The position numbers and the translations under genes were made by a program. Below are positions 1 to 10,150 of a stretch of 64,000 bases of DNA, piece by piece (position 1 is the stretch's first letter; every line of letters starts with the position of its first letter). Origin of the DNA: Candidatus Latescibacterota bacterium (GTDB lineage: Bacteria > Latescibacterota > UBA2968 > SICM01); assembly GCA_965217865.1 (NCBI GenBank), contig CBDCJO010000002.1:608001-672000 (forward strand), given 5' to 3'. The notes beneath the pieces are model-generated. The model ran no database searches and was not told where the DNA came from. It worked only from the letters and a program-made list of their open reading frames with translations.

Positions 1-1133
1 GACGTGATTGCGCCGCAGCATCGTCCGTTGATTGCGAATCTTGCCCGCCACGAACTGGCGGGCCAAGCGCAGGCAATACCAGGACTCGTCGGACAGACGG
101 AACTGCGCCTGCCGCAAGAAGACGTTCTTGGTGTTTAGCCCGGACGTAACACCGTAGAACCAGCCCCCCTGGGAGAAGTAGCAGACAGGGATCTCCGCCT
201 CACACAACGCCTGCACGGCCTGCGTGCTGATTTGGATACTGCCCATCAAGCTGACCTGGCAAATCGCGTTGATGCGCGCTTCCTGAACCACCTTGTCGCG
301 CTCTTTGATGCGGAGGACTCTACCGCTCTTGCCCACGCGCAGTCTCTGGAATTCAAATACAGAGGCTTCTGATCGGCGCGCGGCGCGACAAGGAGTCGGG
401 GCTCTCGGACCGCAGGGTTCGGGCTTCGCCGTCTCCCCTCGAACAAGTCGAGTTGTTCCACGCCCTCGGTTTCGGTGTGAGCTTGCAGACGCCAGGTTTC
501 ATCCGGCAGGCAGATGCCGACCAACGAACAACCGGGACACTTGGGCGAGTCGATGAGCGGCGGAGGTATTGCGGTCGCCGCCGCCGTCGCCCACGCCTTG
601 GCGATGGCTCGCTCGGCTTCGGCGATCGTCTCGTCGTCGAACGGGACACGCACCCGCTGCCGCGTCTTCCGGTAGAAAACAACGCCCTCGTCACAGCAAT
701 AGCCATTGGCGCGCAGCACGAGCGCCTGGACGGCCAGTTGGACGCGGTCGCTGGGCCAGGCTGCCACACCGTGCTCACCGTCCATCGGACGGCCGTGCTT
801 GTAGTCGACCGGCGTGGCCCGGCCCTCTGCGAATTCCGCCAGGTCGAGCTTGGCGATGACACCATGTTCTTCCGACGACAGCGTGATCGAGCGCGCCACG
901 ACGGGCGCTTCCGGTTCTTCACCCGGCCGGGGTGCCGACTGCGCTTCCCTGTCGACGTGCCTGTGCTGGGCGGCACCCTCGGCGGTGTGCTCGTTGTGTA
1001 CGAAGACACCTTCCACCTGCTCGAAGTAGAACAGCCGCGGGCAATAGACATACTCGTTGATCATGCGCGCGGAAAGATAGTCGGGCAATGGCCGACGGGA
1101 TGAGTGGAGTTCTTGCGCGGGGAGAGCGCTCAT
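1..1133 (-). CDS. cas4-cas1: Cas4-Cas1 fusion (type I-G adaptation), one-base frameshift near 345-350; runs off the window start
   Basis: From ATG 1133 (MSALPAQ): Cas4 motifs NEYVYCPRL, AKLD, PVDYKHG, QLAVQ and KCPGCSLVGICLP. After LYLNS the next frame reads RLRVGKSGRVLRIKERDKVVQEARINAICQVSLMGSIQISTQAVQALCEAEIPVCYFSQGGWFYG...AGKIRNQRTMLRRNH, a Cas1 N-terminus. Confidence 0.92.
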
Positions 1134-1150
1134 GACAACTTTTGCCTCCG

Positions 1151-1692
<542 letters not shown>

Positions 1693-1718
1693 ACGATGGG
1701 GCCTAAACCCCGTTCTCT

Positions 1719-2963
1719 CTATACGGTTAGAGGCAGCTTCAGTTCCAGTTGCGGCCAACGTAGGATATCCGAGTCGCAAAGGTCGAGGGCCGAGAGCGCT
1801 GATTCCCAAAACGACTCGAAAGACTCTTTCTTGACGGACAGCAAGCCGTGAGCCAGCAGCGAGTTATTCCGTTTTTGTAAATGGTCCTTGAGGCAATCGT
1901 AAATATGAGATTGCTTACCAGGCGCCTCGTCCGCGCTGAACTCCAAAATCCGGAACAGATTCCGGACACCGAGTTTATATGGGCCATCGTTAGGTTGTCC
2001 AAGCCTCTCAATAACGTCTTCACGACGAACAGCCGGAAAACATTCTATCGAGACCTTGCCCATTTCAGCGCCGAACGCCTGCTTTACGAGTTGCTGACCG
2101 CGCAGCTCGACGGCGCGGTATAGCCTGCTGATGGCGTCGTCATAGCGCGACTGTTTTGCGCGTCTGTCGGCGTTGGCAAGAAGTTCAAGCAGGGTTTCAT
2201 GCCCCGCAGTCTTATCGTTTTGTGCCACCTGATCCTTGACGGCCGTCCAATGCTCATCCAGAGATACCAGCCTCTCGTAGAGCGGATGGTCGAGCGAGAG
2301 TTCCAGTTTTTGCCGCCAACGGCGAAACTCATTGTGGGCTCCCTTAAAGTCAAACCGGTCGGCCAGCCCGAGAGCCTTGGCGAGCCCGGCGAACGCCTCC
2401 AAGCGCGCTCGCTGCGACTCGTCACTCTTTTGTGCGGCATTCTCAAGAATCGCGGCGGCGGAATCGGCGTAGAATTCCGCCAACAACCCGTTCGCACGCT
2501 CAAGTTCGCGCACGGCGTACGTAATCCACGGGTTTTGGCATCTGACGACACGTTCGGATCCGGTAATGACCGTGCCAAGATTGTTGGAGTCGCGGCTGGA
2601 GCCGCCCACATAAACAAAATTTTTGAAATGCTCGACAGCGGCAAGCGTGAGTGCGGCCGACATGGGTTTGGTGCCGCCGGTAATGTCTACATATACCTCC
2701 TCGGGGTCCAGCTTGCGCTCGCTGAGCCACCTCTCTATATCGGTCCGAATCTCCTGATAGCAGATCCCGATATCCTGGTGATCTGAGATCTCCGAATACC
2801 CGTATTGAGGAACATAATCCAGCCCGGGCAGGATCTCGTTTTCCACCTGAGACCTTGAATCACCGGAGACAACAAATAGAACATAAGCGGGCCGGGCTTC
2901 CAAAGCCTTGCGCACCGGTTCTGGTGAACCTCCAACACTGGCGATCGTTCCGCGTAGGCTCAT
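1719..2963 (-). CDS. CARF-HEPN cOA-activated ribonuclease (Csm6-like, TIGR02710-type)
   Basis: N-terminal SVGGSPEP and VDITGGTKPMSAAL CARF motifs; RYDDAISRLYRAVE; C-terminal HEPN motif RNNSLLAHG. Confidence 0.88.
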   Translation of the reverse strand: MSLRGTIASVGGSPEPVRKALEARPAYVLFVVSGDSRSQVENEILPGLDYVPQYGYSEISDHQDIGICYQEIRTDIERWLSERKLDPEEVYVDITGGTKPMSAALTLAAVEHFKNFVYVGGSSRDSNNLGTVITGSERVVRCQNPWITYAVRELERANGLLAEFYADSAAAILENAAQKSDESQRARLEAFAGLAKALGLADRFDFKGAHNEFRRWRQKLELSLDHPLYERLVSLDEHWTAVKDQVAQNDKTAGHETLLELLANADRRAKQSRYDDAISRLYRAVELRGQQLVKQAFGAEMGKVSIECFPAVRREDVIERLGQPNDGPYKLGVRNLFRILEFSADEAPGKQSHIYDCLKDHLQKRNNSLLAHGLLSVKKESFESFWESALSALDLCDSDILRWPQLELKLPLTV

Positions 2964-3910
2964 TGGTCGGTTTCCTTTCGCCAGATCATGGGGACGGCGA
3001 GCCCGAAGGCGGCTTGAACCGGGTGGATGCTCCGTGCGGCAAGCGATTGACGAGCACTCTTGCTGAGCAAGCGTTCCGGGCCAATAGGGGCGCCGTAGAA
3101 AGGTTTTGGAGGGAGATTCGTGCGGAAGCAGGCACCCGCCGCCAGCATGACCTGCGGACGTTTGAACACGGCGCTGGAGTGGAACTCCGGGGCCAGTTTT
3201 CCGTATTTGACAAAAAGTCGCCAGAAGCCTTCCGTCGGGTCATCGGCCGCCGGTTGGAAAGTCGAGAGTGAGATGAAGCCGTCGGCACCGGGAATATCAT
3301 TCAGTTCAGGACAGGGCGTCGGATTGCCGTCCAGTTCAAAGCCGCCATGGCCCACCGAGGCATCGGCGCCGTATCCGGTCCGCCCCAGCATTTCAAGAGC
3401 TTCCATCAAAATCCGCATGCCGCCAGCGGAAGCCCGAGCAAAAATGGTCAAGTCGCCGTCGGACTTGCTGAGACTCGAAAACGGAACTTCAAAAAGTTCA
3501 CCGCCGTCGCCCGTGGTATTGGAAGCGCGGGAGATGGAGTTGCGTAGCCGCACGTGATCACGGATAGAGATGCCGGGATATTCCAGCTTGGGTTTCCCTC
3601 CACCTTGGACCCAACAAAAATCGGCAGTAGTCATCCAGCGATATTTCTTGATGTCCTTGCGCTCCTCTGGAGGCCAATCCCACCACAACGGGAGGCTCGC
3701 CGGCGCTGGCAGCGAATCGCCGGGAAAAGCGTCCGAGATGACAAATAGCGGCTCGCGGGCGAGCCATGGATCCAGAAAATCCCGCCGGAGCGCGGTCGGA
3801 CCCCGAGAACGCGCCCATGCGCACGCCATAGCGCCAAGAAGCGAATCCGCCTGCCAGGGCGTGGTCCAAACCCCGAGGGGCTTCAGCTTCAGGCGGATCA
3901 ATGTGTCCAT
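2960..3910 (-). CDS. csm4: Type III-A RAMP Csm4 (Cas5 group)
   Basis: WQADSLLGAM, FVISDAFP, RNSISR, G-rich loop GYGADASVGHGGF, FKRPQVMLAAGACF; lies after csm3. Confidence 0.85.
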   Translation of the reverse strand: MDTLIRLKLKPLGVWTTPWQADSLLGAMACAWARSRGPTALRRDFLDPWLAREPLFVISDAFPGDSLPAPASLPLWWDWPPEERKDIKKYRWMTTADFCWVQGGGKPKLEYPGISIRDHVRLRNSISRASNTTGDGGELFEVPFSSLSKSDGDLTIFARASAGGMRILMEALEMLGRTGYGADASVGHGGFELDGNPTPCPELNDIPGADGFISLSTFQPAADDPTEGFWRLFVKYGKLAPEFHSSAVFKRPQVMLAAGACFRTNLPPKPFYGAPIGPERLLSKSARQSLAARSIHPVQAAFGLAVPMIWRKETDQ

Positions 3911-4548
3911 GGCTCCCCGTCCAATTTGAAATCGTCGAAACTCACCGCTCCCGAACCCCGACTCGTCCCACCTCCCAATCCCGTCATTTGCACCAGATTC
4001 AAGCCGTTGGCAACGACTGCTTGGAGAGCTTCATCGCCGTTACGCCCCCCGTACTCGAATCCGGCGTCGAGATCGAAGACTTGCAGAACAATCTACATCT
4101 TGAACTCCGTGCCCTCGACTACACGCTCGTTCGACCGCGGATGTTCGGCCGCGCCCGTTTGGCGGTTGATCACGTTTTCCGTCTTATTCTCAATGCGACC
4201 GCCCTGAAGAAGCCGTCCGTCGCGGACGATGATGCGGGAAGGACCGAGGTTGCTCTTGGGATTCATGTGCGCTCCAAATACCCGACAGACGGGGCACTCC
4301 GCATTTGCACATCCACAAGGTTTGTCCTTCTGGTTCTGGCCGCCGAATCGACCCAGCTTTTTCTCCAACTCGGCCCGCATCTTTCCCTTGAGCGACGAGC
4401 CTGGAATGTAGGGCTTGTGAGTTTCCGGGTTCTTGATCACCGGGTTGTCGGAGCCGCCAATGGCCAACTCGTCTTGCGAACCTCCGATATGAAGGCCGCT
4501 TTCGCAGCGAACAGTAAAGGTAATGGTGTGAATGGCTGTTCTTTGCAT
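3898..4548 (-). pseudogene. csm3: Type III-A Csm3 (Cas7 group) interrupted by an in-frame TAG at 4093-4095
   Basis: SGLHIGG, IGGSDNPVIKNP (catalytic Asp), PYIPGSSLKGKMR, CPVCRVFG, ENKTENVINR. After the TAG the same frame continues IVLQVFD...GLGGGTSRGSGAVSF to TGA at 3898. Confidence 0.9.
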
Positions 4549-4549
4549 G

Positions 4550-5080
4550 TCAGCGTCTCTCCTTCATGTATGCGGCCCCAAATCCGACCAGCGCCTCGAA
4601 ATGTGGTAGAAAGCCTTCCAGAAATGTCTTTTCAGGCTCTTCCGCGGCGACTACCCGTTTCACGTTCCTATTGATGAAATCTTGAAATTCTGGCGGAATC
4701 TTGCGCGCCTCGACCGCGTTCTGAGCATGGTAACAAAGTGCCTCGAAGCGGGCAGATACGCGAAGCCAACTTTCGCCGTCAACTTTCAATTGGCGTTCAA
4801 TCTCACGACAGTGATTGAAGAAACGGCGTAACTGGCCGGTAGTCAGTTTGGGATTAGACTGAGTTGCAAGCTGCTTGGCCAAATGATCAACGTTCTTCTT
4901 GGAGACGAAGTCGGGTTGAAGATAGCTTTGGCCCCGGTCATCAATCTTGAAGTACGAGTCCGGTAATTTCGGAAGGGCTTTCCCTGGTGGCCTGCTACGA
5001 TCATCGCGGCCACGGTCTCGTCGCTCTGATTGTGTAGATTGTAATCCCGCCCGTTTCATAGCATCTCGCATGTCAGCCAC
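4550..5080 (-). CDS. csm2: Type III-A small subunit Csm2 (Cas11)
   Basis: LTTGQLRRFFN...FLEGFLPHFEALVGF; GTG start overlaps the cas10 stop. Confidence 0.88.
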   Translation of the reverse strand: MADMRDAMKRAGLQSTQSERRDRGRDDRSRPPGKALPKLPDSYFKIDDRGQSYLQPDFVSKKNVDHLAKQLATQSNPKLTTGQLRRFFNHCREIERQLKVDGESWLRVSARFEALCYHAQNAVEARKIPPEFQDFINRNVKRVVAAEEPEKTFLEGFLPHFEALVGFGAAYMKERR

Positions 5081-6542
5081 GGCGTTCTTCCTTTCCCGAT
5101 CGTGTTGCCAGCAAGGCATAGCGCAGACTTGCCGCCGGTTCGGTTACGCGCCGATCGTTGCGCTCCAGATATTCGAGCACACGGTCCGCCCAGCGACGAA
5201 AGTCGGTGTGACGGCGGGGGCACATGCGCTCGATTTGATAAGCCCAGCGAGCCGCCCGCAGAGGCTCACTGTTCTCTGCGAGCCGGAGTAAACGATGCAG
5301 CAGTGCGCGAGGAGCCACGCCGGCTTCAACCCAGTCCGCAAGCCGCTTGCCATCGCCTACCACAGACTCATGTTGCTTCCAACTCCAATCCGTCCCCAGG
5401 GCGGCGCAGCGGTTCTTGCCCGGACGTTGCTTGGCCGACTCCAGGAGTTCCTCTGCGCGCTCGACGGCGTGACGAATCGGCACCCGGTAAGGGGTCAAGG
5501 CGACTCCGGCGCTGAAAGTCATTGGCACATACTCGCGGCCTGGCCCGGACTCAAACTCTCTTGCCAAAAACCCGGCAAAATCGAGCACGATGTTCCAAGG
5601 GCCAACTAGCAGCAGATCGTCCCCACCGGCATACAGCGTATAGATCAAAGGCCATGACTCTGCCAACAATTCCTGAATTGTCTGCCCGAAGAACTCATGC
5701 AGACTGTAACTGAAAGACCTCAGCCGCTGATACGACGGATCTTCTCCGGCTATCTGTCCAACCCGCACACCCATATCGTCCACATCGGCTTTCAGCACAG
5801 CCAAACGACGGTCGCCGCGGGATTGGTCCGCAATCTCCTGGAATGTCAGCGGTTCGCCGGAGTCGGAATGGCGCGGTATCCAGCGACTCACTCGAAAGGA
5901 TCCAGGAGTCCGGCTTTCCGATGCCTCAAAGGCGATGCCCAACGCTCGCGCCGAGCTGCCGCCGGGGCGCATCCATTTCCACTGTGTCAGCTTTTCACCG
6001 AGTTTGCGGGCCTCCAGACAGCTCTTACAATGGAGAACCTCCTTACCTTTATCCTGTACGCTCTGCTGCCCCGGAGATTGTCGGCAGACTTCACACGGTT
6101 CGTCAAGTGGAGGTTGACTCCAACCGTCCGGGTTCCAGCCGCTATTGTTTTGCAGCATGGAAGCTCCTATACGGCGCTTCTGAACTTCCAGATGATAGCG
6201 GGCGGCGTGGAGTGTCTCTGCCCAGTCCAGCGAGAACTGAACTTCTCCGCCGGATTCATCCCAAAGCTTGCGTTGCAAGCCGGAACGAATCTCCTCGATC
6301 AGAACGGGGTCAGTATCAGGTGGAATCCGCACCAGAAAACCACCCCCACCCCGGACCAGAACCTCATCATTGGCAATACTCAAACGTTCCTTTATCGTCC
6401 AAAGTGCGGCATGTTCGAAGAGTTCGAGCAGGAACGACCGGGATCGCAGGCGCTTCGCCTGCGCTTTGCCCGCGCTCTTCACTCGCAACACGAAGTGCTG
6501 GATTCCCGAGAGGTCACCGATCAAGTAGATTGCATCATTCAT
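5073..6542 (-). CDS. cas10: Compact Cas10/Csm1 without HD domain; Palm2 GGDD intact
   Basis: Begins directly at GDLSGIQHFV (Palm1); KRLRSRSF; Zn finger CEVC...CKSC; LKADVDDMG; YAGGDDLLLVGPW; TFSAGV; 489 aa. Confidence 0.92.
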   Translation of the reverse strand: MNDAIYLIGDLSGIQHFVLRVKSAGKAQAKRLRSRSFLLELFEHAALWTIKERLSIANDEVLVRGGGGFLVRIPPDTDPVLIEEIRSGLQRKLWDESGGEVQFSLDWAETLHAARYHLEVQKRRIGASMLQNNSGWNPDGWSQPPLDEPCEVCRQSPGQQSVQDKGKEVLHCKSCLEARKLGEKLTQWKWMRPGGSSARALGIAFEASESRTPGSFRVSRWIPRHSDSGEPLTFQEIADQSRGDRRLAVLKADVDDMGVRVGQIAGEDPSYQRLRSFSYSLHEFFGQTIQELLAESWPLIYTLYAGGDDLLLVGPWNIVLDFAGFLAREFESGPGREYVPMTFSAGVALTPYRVPIRHAVERAEELLESAKQRPGKNRCAALGTDWSWKQHESVVGDGKRLADWVEAGVAPRALLHRLLRLAENSEPLRAARWAYQIERMCPRRHTDFRRWADRVLEYLERNDRRVTEPAASLRYALLATRSGKEERRG

Positions 6543-6545
6543 GTG

Positions 6546-6758
6546 TCACGACTTACCTCTGCTCTCCATAGCGCGTCCGACCTGCATGGAGTCCTCAATG
6601 CCAGCGCCGGAGATACCGTCTGTGGACTCGTCACGGAGGTGCTGCCGAATGTAGGTTTGTTCTTCCTCGAATGTCATGTCTCTGACCTGCTCACAAAGTG
6701 CATCTCGGATTGAGCGCATCATGTGTACGGCGTCGAACCGCTTCTCAGTATTCTCCAT
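6546..6758 (-). CDS. Small protein coupled to the PIN gene, putative antitoxin
   Basis: 70 aa, KRFDAVHMMRSIRD...; start overlaps the PIN gene 3' end; stop lies 3 nt before the cas10 ATG. Confidence 0.55.
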   Translation of the reverse strand: MENTEKRFDAVHMMRSIRDALCEQVRDMTFEEEQTYIRQHLRDESTDGISGAGIEDSMQVGRAMESRGKS

Positions 6759-7209
6759 AGTCGATTACCTCCCTGGGCGTTCTGATTTCGAGTATTGGAT
6801 AGCCTTGGCGCAGATTCACTGAGTTGTACGCATGAATCCGTCGCAGGTTCACAACGTGCTTGAAGTTCCAGCTCACCATGACATCGACTCGGCTGGTTGT
6901 AGCGATAGCAATGTGTTGGGCATCTATCCTGTTTGCCGTGCCGATAACTCCCGAATCAACATACCGGTGTGCGAGTGCGGCAGCTTCTTCAGTCAATTCA
7001 ACATGCTCTCGATGTGTTTCTGGCACTTTCTTGAGTACTGCTCGCACGGCCGCTGGCGCTGACAGAAGCTCCAATGAGGTCAGGCTGGATAGCACAATCG
7101 TTGCCTCGCCACGCTTGAATGCATCCACCAACAGTTGTGACGCTTCCTCGAATTCGGCGTCGAGACAGCCTCCAATGACCGATGTGTCGGTGTAGATTCT
7201 TCGTTTCAT
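6745..7209 (-). CDS. PIN-domain (VapC-like) ribonuclease
   Basis: RIYTDTSVIGGCLD, SSLTSLEL, DAQHIAIA, VSWNFKH. Confidence 0.88.
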   Translation of the reverse strand: MKRRIYTDTSVIGGCLDAEFEEASQLLVDAFKRGEATIVLSSLTSLELLSAPAAVRAVLKKVPETHREHVELTEEAAALAHRYVDSGVIGTANRIDAQHIAIATTSRVDVMVSWNFKHVVNLRRIHAYNSVNLRQGYPILEIRTPREVIDYGEY

Positions 7210-7464
7210 CGTGGGTTCCGTTGCATCTGGCCACGGGAATCCAGTGTTCGATTTCAATCAACCGAATCAGTGCCCGTATAGCGCTCGATGATCGAGTCGC
7301 CGACCTCAGCGAGGCGGGCTGGTTCCGTAAGCTGCCTTAGCAGCCTGGATCGCCTTTCGGCCGTTTCAGCATCGTATTTCCGCGCGTTCGGGCTGAACAT
7401 TCCCCCGCAGTGATTGGACGCGGACAAACGATATGGTGAGTTGTCAAGTATCAAGCATGCAGTC

Positions 7465-9135
7465 TCACTGGCAACGAAACAAACCCAAGCCAAAATGCGA
7501 TGCATATCCAAGCGCTAACGGACCTCGAATCGGACGATCAAACTCGATCCGGATGGCGAAGCCACAGCGGATGGGAGGCTCCGGCCTATCCCGCCGCGCA
7601 AGCACAAAATGCCGCAGGCGGGACCAGCGCGGATTGTGGTCCTTCGGACTAGCTCCACTTGCTTCTTCCACCAAACGGATGAACCGAGACGGACACGGAT
7701 TCGGCGCGAGTTGATGCACCGACTTGGGCTCCGGTAGATTACGAGAACGTAACTCTGCACGCACCTGTTCAGTAAGGGAATTTTTCCCTTGAACCTTGAG
7801 GTAGCGTGGGGGGACGAAGGGCGTCAGTGTCTCCCAGACGCGCGCATTCCCGGCACCTAAAAGACGCCCCATCTGATCTCCAAGACTACCCGGCAGGCGT
7901 TCCAAATCGGCTAAGGAACCAGTTGCGGAAACGGCCAACCGCAATGGGTCGACGCCGCCTTTGGTAAAAGTTTTGCGTGCATCTCGGATAGCCGCTTGCG
8001 CATCGGCGTCGAGACCCATGCGCGCCCAGATGACGATATGATCGAGGTGACCGTCATCGTCGAGGTCCAGAGGAATGACGTGGGCATGTTTGTGAGCGCC
8101 TTTCAGGGGTCGGCTGTCTTTATCGCGACCAGTGAGTACCGAGGGAACCGCCCCCTTCTTCGCAGCGATGCTCACCAGAGCCTTGTGGAGCAATTCGCCT
8201 TGCGGTAGCGTCCTTGTCACCGGCGGCAACGCATGGTCATTGCGGCTGGCATTGGTCAGGGACAACAGCATGGCCTGGACCGGCTCGGCAGATTGCATTC
8301 TCCTCGTGGCTTTGGGCGCACCAACCTCAATGGCGTTGGTTCGCCGCCAATAGAAGACGCGTCGGCTGCCCGGCGGCTGGCTCCACCCATGCTGGCGCAG
8401 CCAGTTTGTGTCCTTCTGCAAGCAATCGAGTAGATCAACGGGGAAAGGGTCCGCGGCTCTTTTCCGGTCCTGCGGGCTCTTCTTCGACGGTTCTTTTCCG
8501 TCTGTAAGGGGCAAGCGGACCAATGCCTCTTCCAGACGCTCCAATCGCCAATTCTCGAAATCGCGAGCACCCACGGCCGCAAGCATCGCGACCTGCTCCC
8601 AGCCAAGTCCGGGTGATGCGCCCATCTGTTCGGGAAAACAGTTGCTTTCTGGCGCGACTTCGCCTTGCCCAATCACACGGCCCATGATCCAGCTTTCCGA
8701 ACGCCCCAGATAACCGAGACGCTCCACTAGGGAACCAAGGATGGCAGACTCCTCTTGACTCAGGTTCACGTCGTTCCACGTGACCGTTAACTCCTCATCT
8801 TCGACTCGTCCCCAGGTGTCGAAGACCAAAGTGGTTTTTTCAACCTTCTTTCCGTCCAGTACGGCAGTGGGCATGTAATGGCGGCTATGCGCACCCACGG
8901 CAGGCGGCAGGTGATAGCTCGGAAGTTCTGCGGCCAACTTCTCCACCAGACGGCGGGCGACGGATGGCAGGCGGTCGCCATTCCAAATCCCGGAGGTGTA
9001 GCTAACCGAGACCAGCGCACGGAGCAGACGCCATGGCGAGGGCGGCCACTCGATCAAGCCTTCGTTGACGTGATGACCCCAAGGAGTGGCGTGATACCGC
9101 CCAGCGGGAAAGTGAAATGCAAGGGTGACGGCCAT
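7465..9135 (-). CDS. csb2: Type I-G Csb2 (Cas5/Cas6 fusion)
   Basis: FPAGRYHATPWGHHVNEG, EWPPSPWRLLRAL, YLGRSESW, GAHKHAH, C-terminal GPLALGYASHFGLGLF. Confidence 0.93.
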   Translation of the reverse strand: MAVTLAFHFPAGRYHATPWGHHVNEGLIEWPPSPWRLLRALVSVSYTSGIWNGDRLPSVARRLVEKLAAELPSYHLPPAVGAHSRHYMPTAVLDGKKVEKTTLVFDTWGRVEDEELTVTWNDVNLSQEESAILGSLVERLGYLGRSESWIMGRVIGQGEVAPESNCFPEQMGASPGLGWEQVAMLAAVGARDFENWRLERLEEALVRLPLTDGKEPSKKSPQDRKRAADPFPVDLLDCLQKDTNWLRQHGWSQPPGSRRVFYWRRTNAIEVGAPKATRRMQSAEPVQAMLLSLTNASRNDHALPPVTRTLPQGELLHKALVSIAAKKGAVPSVLTGRDKDSRPLKGAHKHAHVIPLDLDDDGHLDHIVIWARMGLDADAQAAIRDARKTFTKGGVDPLRLAVSATGSLADLERLPGSLGDQMGRLLGAGNARVWETLTPFVPPRYLKVQGKNSLTEQVRAELRSRNLPEPKSVHQLAPNPCPSRFIRLVEEASGASPKDHNPRWSRLRHFVLARRDRPEPPIRCGFAIRIEFDRPIRGPLALGYASHFGLGLFRCQ

Positions 9136-9141
9136 GAAACC

Positions 9142-10146
9142 TTACTCGTTATCTGTATCTTCCGCATCATCAGCAGTAGCGTCGTCTTCTGCCTTGCCTT
9201 TCTTGAGTTCGTCTTCGAACTTGATCTCGCTCACCTTCATACGATCTTGGCAGGTGGCGACTGCTGACGTCAGATCTGCTTCCAAATCCACCAAAGTCGG
9301 CAAAGCCCATTGGGAAGGCATGAAGGCTTTGACATCCTCGTCCTTGAGTTGAAAATCGCAAGCGGTTCGCAGCCGAATCCCTTCATCGGTTAGAGCCCGT
9401 ATTTTATACAGCGCCAATAGGATCAGGAGGCGTTCCGCACTGTCGCCCAGTCCGTAACCACGGATTTGGGCCAAATCGAGATTGACATAGAGCGTGATCG
9501 ATTCCGCCGTGTATTCGTCTCGTGCGAACGGAACGTTTCCGAATCCTTTCTTCGTGTCGCCCTGGGGGTTGACGTGATCGTTCTTCACACCGCCGGAAGG
9601 AGCGACCTGTACATTGTCCGCTTCTATAAAAGCTGACAGAGCACGAGCGACTCGAAGGCGCCCACCCGCCAGTTGTTTCTTGGCCAGGAACACACCATGC
9701 AGTAGAGAATTGATATCGTACTTTAGAATCACGTCAGCTAGCTTCTGACGATCGATAGGGCCGGTCTCCATCACCCCCAACTCTTCTCTGAGCGAATTAA
9801 TAAAAGTATTATCACTGTTTTCCAGCAGGTACGGGCTATTCAGCCGGTGGGACTCCAGTATCGTGTCCGTCAGAAATCCGCCGTTACGAGTTACACACAC
9901 GTGCGAAAGACCTTCCAATTCCTCCTTGACGTCCTGTTTCGCCGAATCCCAGATGGTCATCTCCAAGTGGTTGGCCATGCTCTGCACCGACTCCACCAGC
10001 AAGCTTGCGCCGTCCTGAACTTGGAACGTCGCAGCGCCCAGGGACGGGAATCCAGTGGGTTGGAAGCGATGGCCTAAAATCGGCTCCAATGGGATCTTAA
10101 ACAGCAGGCGGTTGGTGTCCTTGAGCGACTTCAGATTGATGGACAT
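9142..10146 (-). CDS. csb1: Type I-G Csb1 (Cas7)
   Basis: From MSINLK: RFQPTGFP, LLVESVQSMANHLE, ESHRLNSPY, DINSLLHGVF, SGGVKND, GFGNVPF, RLRTACD. Confidence 0.93.
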   Translation of the reverse strand: MSINLKSLKDTNRLLFKIPLEPILGHRFQPTGFPSLGAATFQVQDGASLLVESVQSMANHLEMTIWDSAKQDVKEELEGLSHVCVTRNGGFLTDTILESHRLNSPYLLENSDNTFINSLREELGVMETGPIDRQKLADVILKYDINSLLHGVFLAKKQLAGGRLRVARALSAFIEADNVQVAPSGGVKNDHVNPQGDTKKGFGNVPFARDEYTAESITLYVNLDLAQIRGYGLGDSAERLLILLALYKIRALTDEGIRLRTACDFQLKDEDVKAFMPSQWALPTLVDLEADLTSAVATCQDRMKVSEIKFEDELKKGKAEDDATADDAEDTDNE

Positions 10147-10150
10147 GGTC

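Noticed and set aside
4093-4095. Genome-wide TAG recoding or pyrrolysine
   Set aside because: Other genes (CARF-HEPN, ACP, pgl, IS1595 transposase) end normally at TAG, and no pyl genes are in the window.
5697-6713. Long plus-strand ORFs opposite the cas genes
   Set aside because: Antisense ORFs expected in GC-rich coding DNA; no recognisable motifs.
6998-7261. ORF with HNH-like IEHWIPVAR
   Set aside because: Too short a match, and it mostly overlaps the PIN gene in another frame.
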